This document shows positions 8,548-16,557 of a stretch of 32,000 nucleotides of DNA, in pieces. Location: positions 750,001-782,000 of the forward strand of contig NZ_AP028907.1 in the NCBI RefSeq assembly GCF_036323395.1, in the 5' to 3' direction. A program made the position numbers and the translations under genes. The notes beneath the pieces were generated by a model. It had not been told where the DNA came from. It saw nothing but the letters and a program-made list of their open reading frames with translations, and did not search any database. The DNA is from Pyrodictium abyssi (GTDB lineage: Archaea; Thermoproteota; Thermoprotei_A; Sulfolobales; Pyrodictiaceae). Position 1 is the stretch's first letter, and every line of letters starts with the position of its first letter.

Positions 8548-10323
8548 ATGCGCTTCCCGGTGCTAGCCGTCGCTGTGTTCCTGGCACTATCGCTGGCCAC
8601 GGCAGCCCAGGCAGCCGAGATAGAGCCCTTGAAGGTGCTGTACGACAACAAGCTGGACAGGAGCGTAGTTGTCGTGGTCTACGCTAACCGGCAGTACGGC
8701 ACCGGCTGGTGGGTCAACGAGCACTACATCGTAACCGCCGCCCACGTAACAGACTACCAGGCCAATGTCCCGGTAACCATCCTCCACGGCGACTACGAGA
8801 GCAGCGGCTACGTGGTGGGGGTGGACAAGGAGCACGACATCGAGGTCATATACGTGGAGCGGCCAATGGCCAATGCAACAATCTTGCCATTGTGTGAACG
8901 TGTGGCCAAGGGCGAAGAAGTGCTGGTCATAGGGTACCCGTTCGAGCTGCTGCAGATACTAGGCGATCTGAGGGCTGCGAGCGCAAACCCGCGCGCGGCG
9001 TACGGCACGATAGCGTGGACCGGCACAGGCGAGAAGTGGTACCTCAGCGAGGTCCAGGCGACGACGGACGAGGGGAACTCTGGCGGGCCGGCAGTAGATC
9101 TCGACACGCACTGCAGCCTAGGGGCCATCACCTTCGCATTGAAGGGCGAGGCCGGCGTCCTATACTATATAACTAATGTATACAGCGTCCGCCGGCTCCT
9201 CGACAAGTACAACGTAACGTACACGGTCAAGCAGAACATGAAGCTGACGGACAGCGACGACTGGCCGTGGAACCAGCACGCCGACTCCAGCAGCCCTAGC
9301 ATCGACAGCGAGAAGCAGCTCTACGCGCTCGGCGGAGCAGCGCTGGCCGCCTCGATAATGGCGGTGCTGCTCGTAGCCTCCGGCCGCGGCCGGAGGGCGG
9401 CAGTTGTCGTCCTGGCCCTAGGCGTGGTTGCGCTAGCGCTGCCGGCCGCGCACGCTGATAGCGGCAATGTGAGCATAGCGGTGATTCCGCTCGCTGTGCG
9501 CGACTCCGGCTACGACCTCGTCCAGTGCCAGCACGTCAAGGTGTCTGTGAAGGCGAAGTACTATGATGGGCCGTTGTTCGGCTTGTTCCAGCCCGCCGAG
9601 GTCCACATAGGCCCCCTCACAGCGAGGATCGACACAGGGAACGCGTACCTGGGGCTCGCCGACCGGGTCTACGCGGTCGTCGAGCTGGACGGCGAGAAGG
9701 TGGCAGAGAAAGAGCTGACAAAGATATGGATAGGTGGGGGCAGCTACGACTTCGGCCTGGTCGTGGACTGCAGCTGGAGCGACGAGCTAAGCTGCAGCGT
9801 CTCGACGGATAAGGGTCTGGTCTGGAGCGGCACCATAAAGCCCAGCCCCTACGGCTACTACGACATATTCTGGGACTACGCAGACGAGCCCACCATAGAC
9901 AGCGAATGGATATGCGACACTGCTACCACCACAGTCACAGGTATAGAGCCAGCACCCGACCGGCCCACCAACCAAGACAACTACAAGAACCAGAACAACG
10001 AGGACGGTCTAGAGAAGTACATGCTCTACGGTGTTGGCGGGCTAGCAGCACTGAGCCTCCTCCTGGCCGCGGCCCGGGGCGGCAGCGTTGTCGTGGTAAG
10101 CGGTGGTGGCAAGAGAGGCATGGTGCAGCTCCTAGGCGTCATAGTGTTGGCCGCGGCCCTGGGAGGAGCCGCACTGGCGTGGAAGCTGCGAGGGCTCTTC
10201 GACGGCGGGGGCTCGGGCGACTCTAGCCTGTTGTTGGCTGGGATCGGGATCCTCGTGGCCATTGTTTTCCTCATGCTCCTGCTCGGTAGGAGATCACAGG
10301 TCATAGTAGTTGAGGGGAGGTGA
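8548..10323 (+). CDS. HtrA/trypsin-like serine protease domain fused to a second secreted domain and C-terminal TM segments (polyprotein-like)
   Basis: Signal peptide VLAVAVFLALSLATAAQA. Catalytic-type motifs YIVTAAHV (His), EHDIEVI (Asp), TTDEGNSGGPAVD (Ser). Internal LYALGGAALAASIMAVLLVASGRGRRAAVVVLALGVVALALPAAHADS. Confidence 0.85.
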   Translation: MRFPVLAVAVFLALSLATAAQAAEIEPLKVLYDNKLDRSVVVVVYANRQYGTGWWVNEHYIVTAAHVTDYQANVPVTILHGDYESSGYVVGVDKEHDIEVIYVERPMANATILPLCERVAKGEEVLVIGYPFELLQILGDLRAASANPRAAYGTIAWTGTGEKWYLSEVQATTDEGNSGGPAVDLDTHCSLGAITFALKGEAGVLYYITNVYSVRRLLDKYNVTYTVKQNMKLTDSDDWPWNQHADSSSPSIDSEKQLYALGGAALAASIMAVLLVASGRGRRAAVVVLALGVVALALPAAHADSGNVSIAVIPLAVRDSGYDLVQCQHVKVSVKAKYYDGPLFGLFQPAEVHIGPLTARIDTGNAYLGLADRVYAVVELDGEKVAEKELTKIWIGGGSYDFGLVVDCSWSDELSCSVSTDKGLVWSGTIKPSPYGYYDIFWDYADEPTIDSEWICDTATTTVTGIEPAPDRPTNQDNYKNQNNEDGLEKYMLYGVGGLAALSLLLAAARGGSVVVVSGGGKRGMVQLLGVIVLAAALGGAALAWKLRGLFDGGGSGDSSLLLAGIGILVAIVFLMLLLGRRSQVIVVEGR

Positions 10324-10327
10324 GAGC

Positions 10328-10942
10328 ATGGAGCCCATGAGCCTGCTCGCGTACACGGGGAGCTTCGCGGCCCTGGCCGGGGGCATAGCGATAGTGTACT
10401 CCGTGCTCCGGGACCGGGGCTCCAGGCGGGAGCAGATGCTGCGCGAGCACCTGGCAGCCCTAGCCGGCAAGCTGGAGAAGTGCGAGCTGGAGAAGGAGAA
10501 GCAGGCGAGCGTCATAGCGGACCTGGAGCTTGAGAGGAAGAAGCTAGAGGCGCGGCTAGAGGAGGAGAGGAGGAGGCTACAGGCGGAGAAGGAGAAGGCT
10601 CTAGCTGAGCTGGAGCGAAGGCTGCGCCTAGAGTTCGCCAAGGAGCGCTCGAGGCTCCTCGAGGACTGCGAGAAGAGAGTAGAGCAGGTTGCGAGAGTGT
10701 CGAGATCAGCCGCTACACTCTTCGAGGCGGTGAAGAGCGGGAAGATAAGACTAGTCGCGGCAGAGAAGACGTGTGAGGGCATAATCATAGAGCCGGAGAG
10801 GATACTATGCAAGAGGAGCGACGGAACCCTGGAGGCAATATGGCCCGAAGAGTACAGCGTGGGAGAAGCGCTGGTGGTCGAGCCCTCCAGCCAGGCCTCG
10901 GGCCGCGGCCAGGCTAGGAAGTCCAAGGAGCAGGAGCAGTAA
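10328..10942 (+). CDS. Membrane-anchored coiled-coil protein
   Basis: N-terminal TM (LLAYTGSFAALAGGIAIVYSVL) then a long E/K/R/L heptad-rich region. ATG at 10328 preceded by a GGAGGTGAG ribosome-binding-like sequence. Confidence 0.75.
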   Translation: MEPMSLLAYTGSFAALAGGIAIVYSVLRDRGSRREQMLREHLAALAGKLEKCELEKEKQASVIADLELERKKLEARLEEERRRLQAEKEKALAELERRLRLEFAKERSRLLEDCEKRVEQVARVSRSAATLFEAVKSGKIRLVAAEKTCEGIIIEPERILCKRSDGTLEAIWPEEYSVGEALVVEPSSQASGRGQARKSKEQEQ

Positions 10943-10953
10943 GGGGAGGAGCG

Positions 10954-12153
10954 GTGGGCAGCGTCTACGACCTTTTCTTCATAGTCGAGGGCTTCTTTGT
11001 CGGCTTTATGGCGTTCTACTTCCTGGCGCGCCGGAACCCGGCGTATCTGCAGACGCTGCGGGATCATCTACGGTTCTTCCTTAGCCCCTATGGGCCGGAG
11101 ACGATGGTCGTTATCAAGCAGCTGGACAACACTGTGCGGATAGTCTACGACCCCAGGGTCTACAAGAGCAGGAACGGCGTGATAATAGAGGCTGATGACG
11201 CGCTGTTCTCCGCGAGGATGGATCCCCGGGACGGGATGCTGGTGGGGCTGGCCGACGCCCGGGGCCCTGTGGGGGTGCCGAGCCCGTATGGCTATGTGTG
11301 GAGGCTGCTGGTGGGCTGGACGCTGATCTGGGTCTTCGGCTGGATAGCGCTGGTAAACACGTTCATAGACTCGCTGCTGAAGGGCCAGACCCCGGGGCCG
11401 GTGGACTGGCTGGCGCTGCTGGCCTTCATCCTGCTGGTGTACACGCTGCTCGGCCAGGTGGTCCCGAAGCTCTACACGCCGACGATACGGCTGGCCGGCT
11501 ACGTAGAGAACGGCTACGACCCACCGTACCGTAAGCTCGCATCCAGCTGCAGCCCCTGGGACCCGACAAGCGTAGACGAGTGCGCGGAGGAGTACGGCGG
11601 CCAGATGATAGTAAAGGTTCCAGAGAGCGCGGTCGAGTACCTCGACGAGCTCAAGAAGGAGCACGGCACGTACACGCTGGCCGCGGCGATACTAGCGAGG
11701 CTCGACGAGGGCGTAAGACTGCGCAAGACCGTCTCGGAGCTAAAGAGGAGAATGTACGAGCAGACCGAGGCCGCGAAGAGCCTAGTAAGGATAGAGGGAT
11801 GGAGGTACTTCACCAGGCTCACGCTGCCCAAGGTGCTGTTCTGGCTGCTGCTGGTGGGGATCGGCTTCGGTCTAGGATACCTGTTCGGCAGCGACTGGGC
11901 GCTGAGCAGCCAGCCGCCGGCGTGGTACATGGCGGCTAACTCTACCGCCCAGGCCGCGGCCCAGCAGCAGGTCTACGTGCCCGTGAGCCCGGCGCAGCCC
12001 CCGACGCCGCCCACTGCCGGCCAGCCGCCTGTGCAGCCGGCCCAGCCACCCCCGCCGCCGTCCACGGTGACGGTCACGATCACTCCCGCTAAGCCCCCGA
12101 GCCCGCCGGCCACCGGCAACACGACGGTACAGCCAGCCGCGGCCCAGGGGTGA
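10954..12153 (+). CDS. Multi-TM membrane protein with Pro-rich C-terminal tail
   Basis: TM segments near the N-terminus, middle and residue 290 region; C-tail AQPPTPPTAGQPPVQPAQPPPPPSTVTVTITPAKPPSPPATG. Confidence 0.78.
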   Translation: MGSVYDLFFIVEGFFVGFMAFYFLARRNPAYLQTLRDHLRFFLSPYGPETMVVIKQLDNTVRIVYDPRVYKSRNGVIIEADDALFSARMDPRDGMLVGLADARGPVGVPSPYGYVWRLLVGWTLIWVFGWIALVNTFIDSLLKGQTPGPVDWLALLAFILLVYTLLGQVVPKLYTPTIRLAGYVENGYDPPYRKLASSCSPWDPTSVDECAEEYGGQMIVKVPESAVEYLDELKKEHGTYTLAAAILARLDEGVRLRKTVSELKRRMYEQTEAAKSLVRIEGWRYFTRLTLPKVLFWLLLVGIGFGLGYLFGSDWALSSQPPAWYMAANSTAQAAAQQQVYVPVSPAQPPTPPTAGQPPVQPAQPPPPPSTVTVTITPAKPPSPPATGNTTVQPAAAQG

Positions 12154-12157
12154 GAGC

Positions 12158-12400
12158 ATGAGCCTAGCGGGCCTGAAGAGGATGGCGATAGTGGGCGGCG
12201 TCATACTGCTGCTCTTCGTGCACATGTTAATGGTGGTGGAGAACGCGATGATACTAGCGCTGCTGGACAGGCACGACTGGCTGGCGCTCGTAGAGATGGT
12301 GGCCCTGGCCCCGACGATAGCCATCTACATCGTGCTGCTCTACGAGGTGCTGCGAGACAAGGAGGAGAGGCGGCCGAAACTAACCCGTGTAGAATCCTAG
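12158..12400 (+). CDS. Small two-TM membrane protein
   Basis: MSLAGLKRMAIVGGVILLLFVHMLMVVENAMILALL... VEMVALAPTIAIYIVLLYEVL; starts 4 nt after the upstream stop. Confidence 0.65.
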   Translation: MSLAGLKRMAIVGGVILLLFVHMLMVVENAMILALLDRHDWLALVEMVALAPTIAIYIVLLYEVLRDKEERRPKLTRVES

Positions 12401-12463
12401 ACGCCTATACCCTGCGCACATTTCTTGCATAAACACTTTCCGAAAGTAAACAAACGGGGTGGG

Positions 12464-12778
12464 ATGGGCTTGAGAGAGTACTGGAGGAAGGTGGAGGGGA
12501 TAAGCCCCATACAGCTTCTCCTAATAACAGTTATAGGCGGTCTAGTAGGCCTAGCCCTAGGCATTATTGTCGGTACGCTCCTGTTCGCACCGGAGGAGCA
12601 GTCTCAGCCGCACCCCCTAGCGTCGGATGCTGTGCCACCGAGCCCGGAGCTGCTAGCCACCGTGACTCCCGCTAAGATGCCGCCGCCCATTCCAAGGTAC
12701 ATCTGTCTCGGCTTCGGCAACGGGACGACGGTCTGCTACGTGGAGGGCCCCGGGATAATCCCCAACATTACGGGGTGA
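12464..12778 (+). CDS. Single-TM protein with Pro-rich ectodomain
   Basis: MGLREYWRKVEGISPIQLLLITVIGGLVGLALGIIVGTLLFAPEE then a Pro-rich segment; internal ATG preferred over 12425. Confidence 0.65.
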   Translation: MGLREYWRKVEGISPIQLLLITVIGGLVGLALGIIVGTLLFAPEEQSQPHPLASDAVPPSPELLATVTPAKMPPPIPRYICLGFGNGTTVCYVEGPGIIPNITG

Positions 12779-12782
12779 GAGC

Positions 12783-12992
12783 ATGGGCAGGGACCACGCT
12801 GCGCTGGCTGGCCTAGGGGCAGCCATGGTAAGCGCTGCTACTATTATACAGATGTACATAGACTACCAGCAGTCGAACGCCGCCGGCCTGGAGAACGTGA
12901 GCCTCAAGCTGAAGATCCTGGTAACAGTCGCCTTCCTTCTCACCTTCACGGGCTTTGTCCTGGGCCTATCGGCGTCGGCGAGGAGGCGGTGA
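12783..12992 (+). CDS. Small two-TM protein, 69 aa
   Basis: MGRDHAALAGLGAAMVSAATIIQMYID... LKILVTVAFLLTFTGFVLGLSASARRR. Confidence 0.6.
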   Translation: MGRDHAALAGLGAAMVSAATIIQMYIDYQQSNAAGLENVSLKLKILVTVAFLLTFTGFVLGLSASARRR

Positions 12993-12995
12993 GGG

Positions 12996-13439
12996 GTGGC
13001 GTGCAGGGTGCTTATAGATACTAGCCTGGCATGGGTGATGGCCAGGGGTCCCTCGTACCTGGCTGAAGCTCTTAGGGCGTTCTTTAGGAAGCTAGGGTCC
13101 AACGGGTGTAGCATACTCTACAGTGAGGCTGTCTATATAGACCTGCGCCACGAGAGGAGGGAGAAGAGAGAACAGATACTGTCGCAGCTCCGCTCCCTCG
13201 CCCAGCAGGCCCCAGTGGACATGAAGCTGTTGCTGATGCGGGTAGGCCGCTACGGGGCCACTGTGCGGAAGCTAGGCCTAGCCGACGTCCTAATAGCCCT
13301 CGCAGCGAGGGAGGTGGGCGCGGTGCTCGCAACCGGGGACTGGGGACAGGCCAGGTTCTACATCAACATAGCAGGTGCCGACCGGCCGCCAGTAATATAC
13401 ATCCCCGTGAAGCTGATAACAGAGGCGGAGAAGAGGTGA
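12996..13439 (+). CDS. PIN-domain protein (VapC-like toxin candidate)
   Basis: RVLIDTSLAW, YSEAVYIDL, LGLADVLIALAAREVGAVLATGDWGQARF match the acidic-residue spacing of PIN domains. Confidence 0.75.
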   Translation: MACRVLIDTSLAWVMARGPSYLAEALRAFFRKLGSNGCSILYSEAVYIDLRHERREKREQILSQLRSLAQQAPVDMKLLLMRVGRYGATVRKLGLADVLIALAAREVGAVLATGDWGQARFYINIAGADRPPVIYIPVKLITEAEKR

Positions 13440-13445
13440 CCCCCT

Positions 13446-13646
13446 ATGCCGAGCGTCTGGCAGGAACTCGTGGCCCACGAGCTGCGGGAACGGAAGCTCA
13501 ACCTACGGCTCTTCGAGCTACTCCAGAAGGCCAGAGACCGGGAGAAAGCCGCCAAGATAATAGAGGACTACGCCTACGGGCGGATAAGCTACCGAGAAGC
13601 ACTGAGAAGGCTCAAAGCCCTAGCCGGAGACGGGGAGAGGGGGTAG
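13446..13646 (+). CDS. Small helical protein, candidate antitoxin of the PIN protein
   Basis: Directly downstream (6 nt) of the PIN gene; KARDREKAAKIIEDYAYGRISYREALRRLKAL resembles short helical VapB-type tails. Confidence 0.5.
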   Translation: MPSVWQELVAHELRERKLNLRLFELLQKARDREKAAKIIEDYAYGRISYREALRRLKALAGDGERG

Positions 13647-13700
13647 GCCCTGCAGGCCGCGGCCTGGAGCTGGCTCCCCTGGGCTGTTTTCTCGCTGGGG

Positions 13701-13997
13701 ATGTTCCTGGTCTGGTCGATCGTCTTCTGGAAGACTGGCTCCTTCAGAAAGTCCACGATAGCGGCGCTGGTAACCGGGAAGTCCTTCGCCGTGGTATACA
13801 AACTAGCGGGCCTGGATAGAGTGGTATATACATTATATATTATACATAGGAGGACCGGCCTCGTCAAAGAGATACACGTTACTATGGTCGAGGTGCTGCT
13901 GCTCAGCTTCCTTGCGAGCCTCCTCGTCGCGTTGTATTGGCCTATCCTTTCGAGGTATGCTCCCCGTGAGCTGAGGAGCGCGATGGAGCCGGGATGA
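13701..13997 (+). CDS. Hypothetical protein, 98 aa, with hydrophobic segments
   Basis: Intact ORF, TM-like MVEVLLLSFLASLLVALYWPIL. Confidence 0.4.
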   Translation: MFLVWSIVFWKTGSFRKSTIAALVTGKSFAVVYKLAGLDRVVYTLYIIHRRTGLVKEIHVTMVEVLLLSFLASLLVALYWPILSRYAPRELRSAMEPG

Positions 13998-14160
13998 CGA
14001 GGCCGGCGGCCACCACGAGGTTGTAGTTCTTACGGATCCCGCCCATTACCTGCGGCTTCTCTATATCCGCTAGCACTATGACCTGGAGTACACGGTTCCG
14101 GCCCGCCTTCCGGAGGAAGCGTATCGCCTCCTTCACGTCGGTGAAGAGGAGTATCTCCAC
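13942..14160 (-). CDS. Hypothetical protein, 72 aa
   Basis: MEILLFTDVKEAIRFLRKAGRNRVLQVIVLADIEKPQVMGGIRKNYNLVVAAG has protein-like composition; preceded by GGAG-like sequence; 3' end overlaps the convergent 13701 ORF. Confidence 0.5.
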   Translation of the reverse strand: MEILLFTDVKEAIRFLRKAGRNRVLQVIVLADIEKPQVMGGIRKNYNLVVAAGLVIPAPSRSSAHGEHTSKG

Positions 14161-14293
14161 CCTCTACGCCCCCTCTACTCCTGTGGGGAGGTATGCTTTC
14201 TTATGGTCTAGGCTCCACAGGAAGCAGGAGAAATGAAAGGATTAGTTTCGGGCTGGTCTCCTCTGGCTCCGGGCCGCGGCCCGCACCAGAGAG

Positions 14294-14461
14294 CTAGCCC
14301 CGAAGCACCCCCGCGGCCCACTCCCTCATCTCCTCAGCTATCCTCCGGGGGTCCTCCCCAGCCTCTAGACGTCTAGCCCAGAGCAGCAGCCTCAGCGTGA
14401 GCACAGCATAGGCATCGTAGTATCTCCTGCAGAGCCTCCTCCGGATCCTGTGGATCACCAT
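14294..14461 (-). CDS. Small hypothetical protein, 55 aa (not in supplied ORF track)
   Basis: MVIHRIRRRLCRRYYDAYAVLTLRLLLWARRLEAGEDPRRIAEEMREWAAGVLRG, same strand as the downstream small-gene operon. Confidence 0.45.
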   Translation of the reverse strand: MVIHRIRRRLCRRYYDAYAVLTLRLLLWARRLEAGEDPRRIAEEMREWAAGVLRG

Positions 14462-14519
14462 GGCCTCTTAGCCTCACACCCTACTACTACACCATTACAG
14501 TACTCGGCCACAACCTCTG

Positions 14520-14633
14520 CTATCTCCGAGTTGTCCCCGATGTAGGCTCCCTGTGGTAGAGCCGCATCGGCTCGCCCCAGTAGAGAACCACCAGGATGTA
14601 GTCAGAGATGTCCAGCTCATCCTCCCAGCCCAT
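14520..14633 (-). CDS. Small hypothetical ORF, 37 aa (not in supplied ORF track)
   Basis: MGWEDELDISDYILVVLYWGEPMRLYHREPTSGTTRR with upstream GAGGAGG ribosome-binding-like sequence. Confidence 0.35.
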   Translation of the reverse strand: MGWEDELDISDYILVVLYWGEPMRLYHREPTSGTTRR

Positions 14634-14757
14634 CACTATCCTCCTCGCATTTCCCGATTGTCCGGCAGTACTCTAGGGGGTAGAGGAGGCCCATGCACAA
14701 CAGTCTTTAACCATCATAGCAGACCACTACCACATTCTCATCCATAGCATTCACCTC

Positions 14758-14961
14758 CTAGTCTTCCTCGAAGATGGCGTAGACGTGCTGGCGCAGAGCG
14801 TCGCCGTAGAGCACCCGGCGGCACCCCTCCTGGCAGTAGTACGTCGCCGTGACGTTGTCGTAGTCGCTGCCGTAGCGGCGATAGTAGCGCTCGGCGCAGT
14901 CCGCGACGCACCTCTCGACGAACACCCGCCACGGCGCAATAGGCCTAGCCATTGCGCTCAT
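14758..14961 (-). CDS. Small Cys-containing protein, 67 aa
   Basis: VERCVADCAERYYRRYGSDYDNVTATYYCQEGCRRVLYGD, overlapping the upstream gene end. Confidence 0.55.
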   Translation of the reverse strand: MSAMARPIAPWRVFVERCVADCAERYYRRYGSDYDNVTATYYCQEGCRRVLYGDALRQHVYAIFEED

Positions 14962-15253
14962 CCTCCATGCATTCGTGGACTCTGCAGATCCTCTCCACGG
15001 TCTTCGCTATGGCTGCTAGGACTCCATGGAGCGCCTCCGCATCGTCTATCGTCGCCCGCAGGATGCGCATGTGTACCTCCCGCCCTCCCCAGTATGCCAC
15101 CATCTTCACGCCGTCCTCGATGACGATACCGTCGTACTCCCCGCCGTTGCTCAGCCTCAGCCTCGTCCTCGTGTAGCCGAGAGCCTCTAGCTCATCGACA
15201 CCAATGCCGTGCAATGACAGCGAGACCTCTATGACAGCCCTCACTCTAGCCAT
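14945..15253 (-). CDS. Hypothetical protein, 102 aa
   Basis: Intact ORF overlapping both neighbours by 8-17 nt. Confidence 0.6.
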   Translation of the reverse strand: MARVRAVIEVSLSLHGIGVDELEALGYTRTRLRLSNGGEYDGIVIEDGVKMVAYWGGREVHMRILRATIDDAEALHGVLAAIAKTVERICRVHECMEDERNG

Positions 15254-15584
15254 TGCTCTCGGCCTCTAGGGCTTCTCTGTTCATCTTCCGGATCCGGTCG
15301 AGCATCTTGACGGCGTGCTCTATGTACTCCAATAGCCTGTACTTGGGGGTCTTCCGGTCGACGAGGAGTAGCTGGATGACGTTGCCCAGCAGGTCGTCTG
15401 TGGCGCTTATGGTCCCGTAGAGCACCGCCAGCGTGTCCCGGTGGCCCCGTGGCAGCTCCTTGCAGTCTACTAGCCCCGCCGCCTCGAGCCTCGGCAGCAG
15501 CGCCTCGTCCCACAGCGGCGCAGCCACGACGACATGCCGCACGTACTCCCTATCCCAGCACCGCCAGAACCTCACCCCCTGCAT
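15246..15584 (-). CDS. Hypothetical protein, 112 aa
   Basis: Intact ORF overlapping both neighbours. Confidence 0.6.
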   Translation of the reverse strand: MQGVRFWRCWDREYVRHVVVAAPLWDEALLPRLEAAGLVDCKELPRGHRDTLAVLYGTISATDDLLGNVIQLLLVDRKTPKYRLLEYIEHAVKMLDRIRKMNREALEAESNG

Positions 15585-16069
15585 TTCTCGAGCACCTCCT
15601 CGAGGTTCGCTACCTCGTAGCAGCCTAGGCGGTGCCCGCTAGGGGTCTCCGGACACACGATGAGGCTGGCTCCGCGGCCCTCGAGCACCAGCCTGGTGAA
15701 CGCTGTCTCCGTGAACGGGTCCTCGGCCTCGGCGCGGCCACGCCTCAGCGCCTCGACCACGGCGCTGCACGGCGCGTAGACGGTGTCGTACATGCCCGGG
15801 AACTGGGGTAGCGGCTGGTACCGGAGCAGCACGAACCTATTGGTTGCCAGGTAGAGCCACACCCCGATCAGCTCGTAGACCCGCTCCCGCCTCTCCTCGG
15901 CCTCCCGCCTCCTGTAGCGCCGCCGCCTCCGCAGCCCGGCGATGATCTGCGTCACAATCCTCTTAGCCTCCTCCTCGGAGAGATAGAGGCGGACAACGAC
16001 GCCATTGACTTCCCAGAACCACAGCCTTACATCATCACCAGCAATACTAGCGTCAACAATCCTAGCCAA
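15572..16069 (-). CDS. Hypothetical protein, about 165 aa (probable TTG start)
   Basis: LARIVDASIAGDDVRLWFWEVNGVVVRLYLSEEEAKRIVTQIIAG...; TTG at 16069 preceded by GGTGGTG; the 16543 start of the ORF track would overlap the 16084-16557 gene completely. Confidence 0.55.
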   Translation of the reverse strand: MARIVDASIAGDDVRLWFWEVNGVVVRLYLSEEEAKRIVTQIIAGLRRRRRYRRREAEERRERVYELIGVWLYLATNRFVLLRYQPLPQFPGMYDTVYAPCSAVVEALRRGRAEAEDPFTETAFTRLVLEGRGASLIVCPETPSGHRLGCYEVANLEEVLEKCRG

Positions 16070-16083
16070 CCAACACCACCCCT

Positions 16084-16557
16084 CTAGGCCTCGATCTCTA
16101 GCTCTATCGCCTGGCCGCTGCTGGTTGGCTGGTGTACGGGGAGGAGGCCTCGGCGCTCGAGGAACTCTATGACTGCTTTGCGTATCACATCGCTGCGGTG
16201 CGGCCAGCCCAGGAGGACTCTGGCGTCGTCGATGCGCTGCAGCAGCCCCTCGCCGAGCTTCACCGTCACCACGCGGAGCGGGCCGCGGCCCGGAGCCGGG
16301 ACGGGCTCCCTCACGCCCACCGGGGGGCGGCGGAACACCGGCAGCGGCTCCTCGTCGACGAGGAGCCGGTAGACCCGGGTCCCGTCCCGCTCCAGCACGG
16401 CGAGCCCCCGCTCCGCCATCTCGGCCAGGAGCTGGCCGGCCCTCCAAGCCGGCAGCCCCATCAGCCGCGCCAACAGCCGCGCGTTGACGTACCGCAGCCC
16501 GAGACGCGCAAGCAGCCGCGCCAGCTCCTCCAGGCCCAGGCACACCCGGCTAGCCAT
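16084..16557 (-). CDS. Predicted transcription regulator: N-terminal helix-turn-helix-like region plus C-terminal ribbon-helix-helix domain
   Basis: C-term LRVVTVKLGEGLLQRIDDARVLLGWPHRSDVIRKAVIEFLERRG (RHH/CopG pattern); N-term ARLLARLMGLPAWRAGQLLAEMAERGLAVLERDGTRVYRL (wHTH-like). Confidence 0.65.
   Translation of the reverse strand: MASRVCLGLEELARLLARLGLRYVNARLLARLMGLPAWRAGQLLAEMAERGLAVLERDGTRVYRLLVDEEPLPVFRRPPVGVREPVPAPGRGPLRVVTVKLGEGLLQRIDDARVLLGWPHRSDVIRKAVIEFLERRGLLPVHQPTSSGQAIELEIEA

Noticed and set aside
1740-12446. Shared CCGAAAGT palindromic motif at 1740-1753 (ccgaaagttttcgg) and 12435-12447 (actttccgaaagt)
   Set aside because: Only two imperfectly matching sites and cgaaag occurs elsewhere by chance; too weak to call a regulon.
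15572-16543. Full-length 323-aa ORF on the minus strand
   Set aside because: Its first half is low-complexity Arg/Pro/Ala-rich sequence fully overlapping the HTH-RHH gene in another frame; only the 3' half (to about 16069) looks coding.
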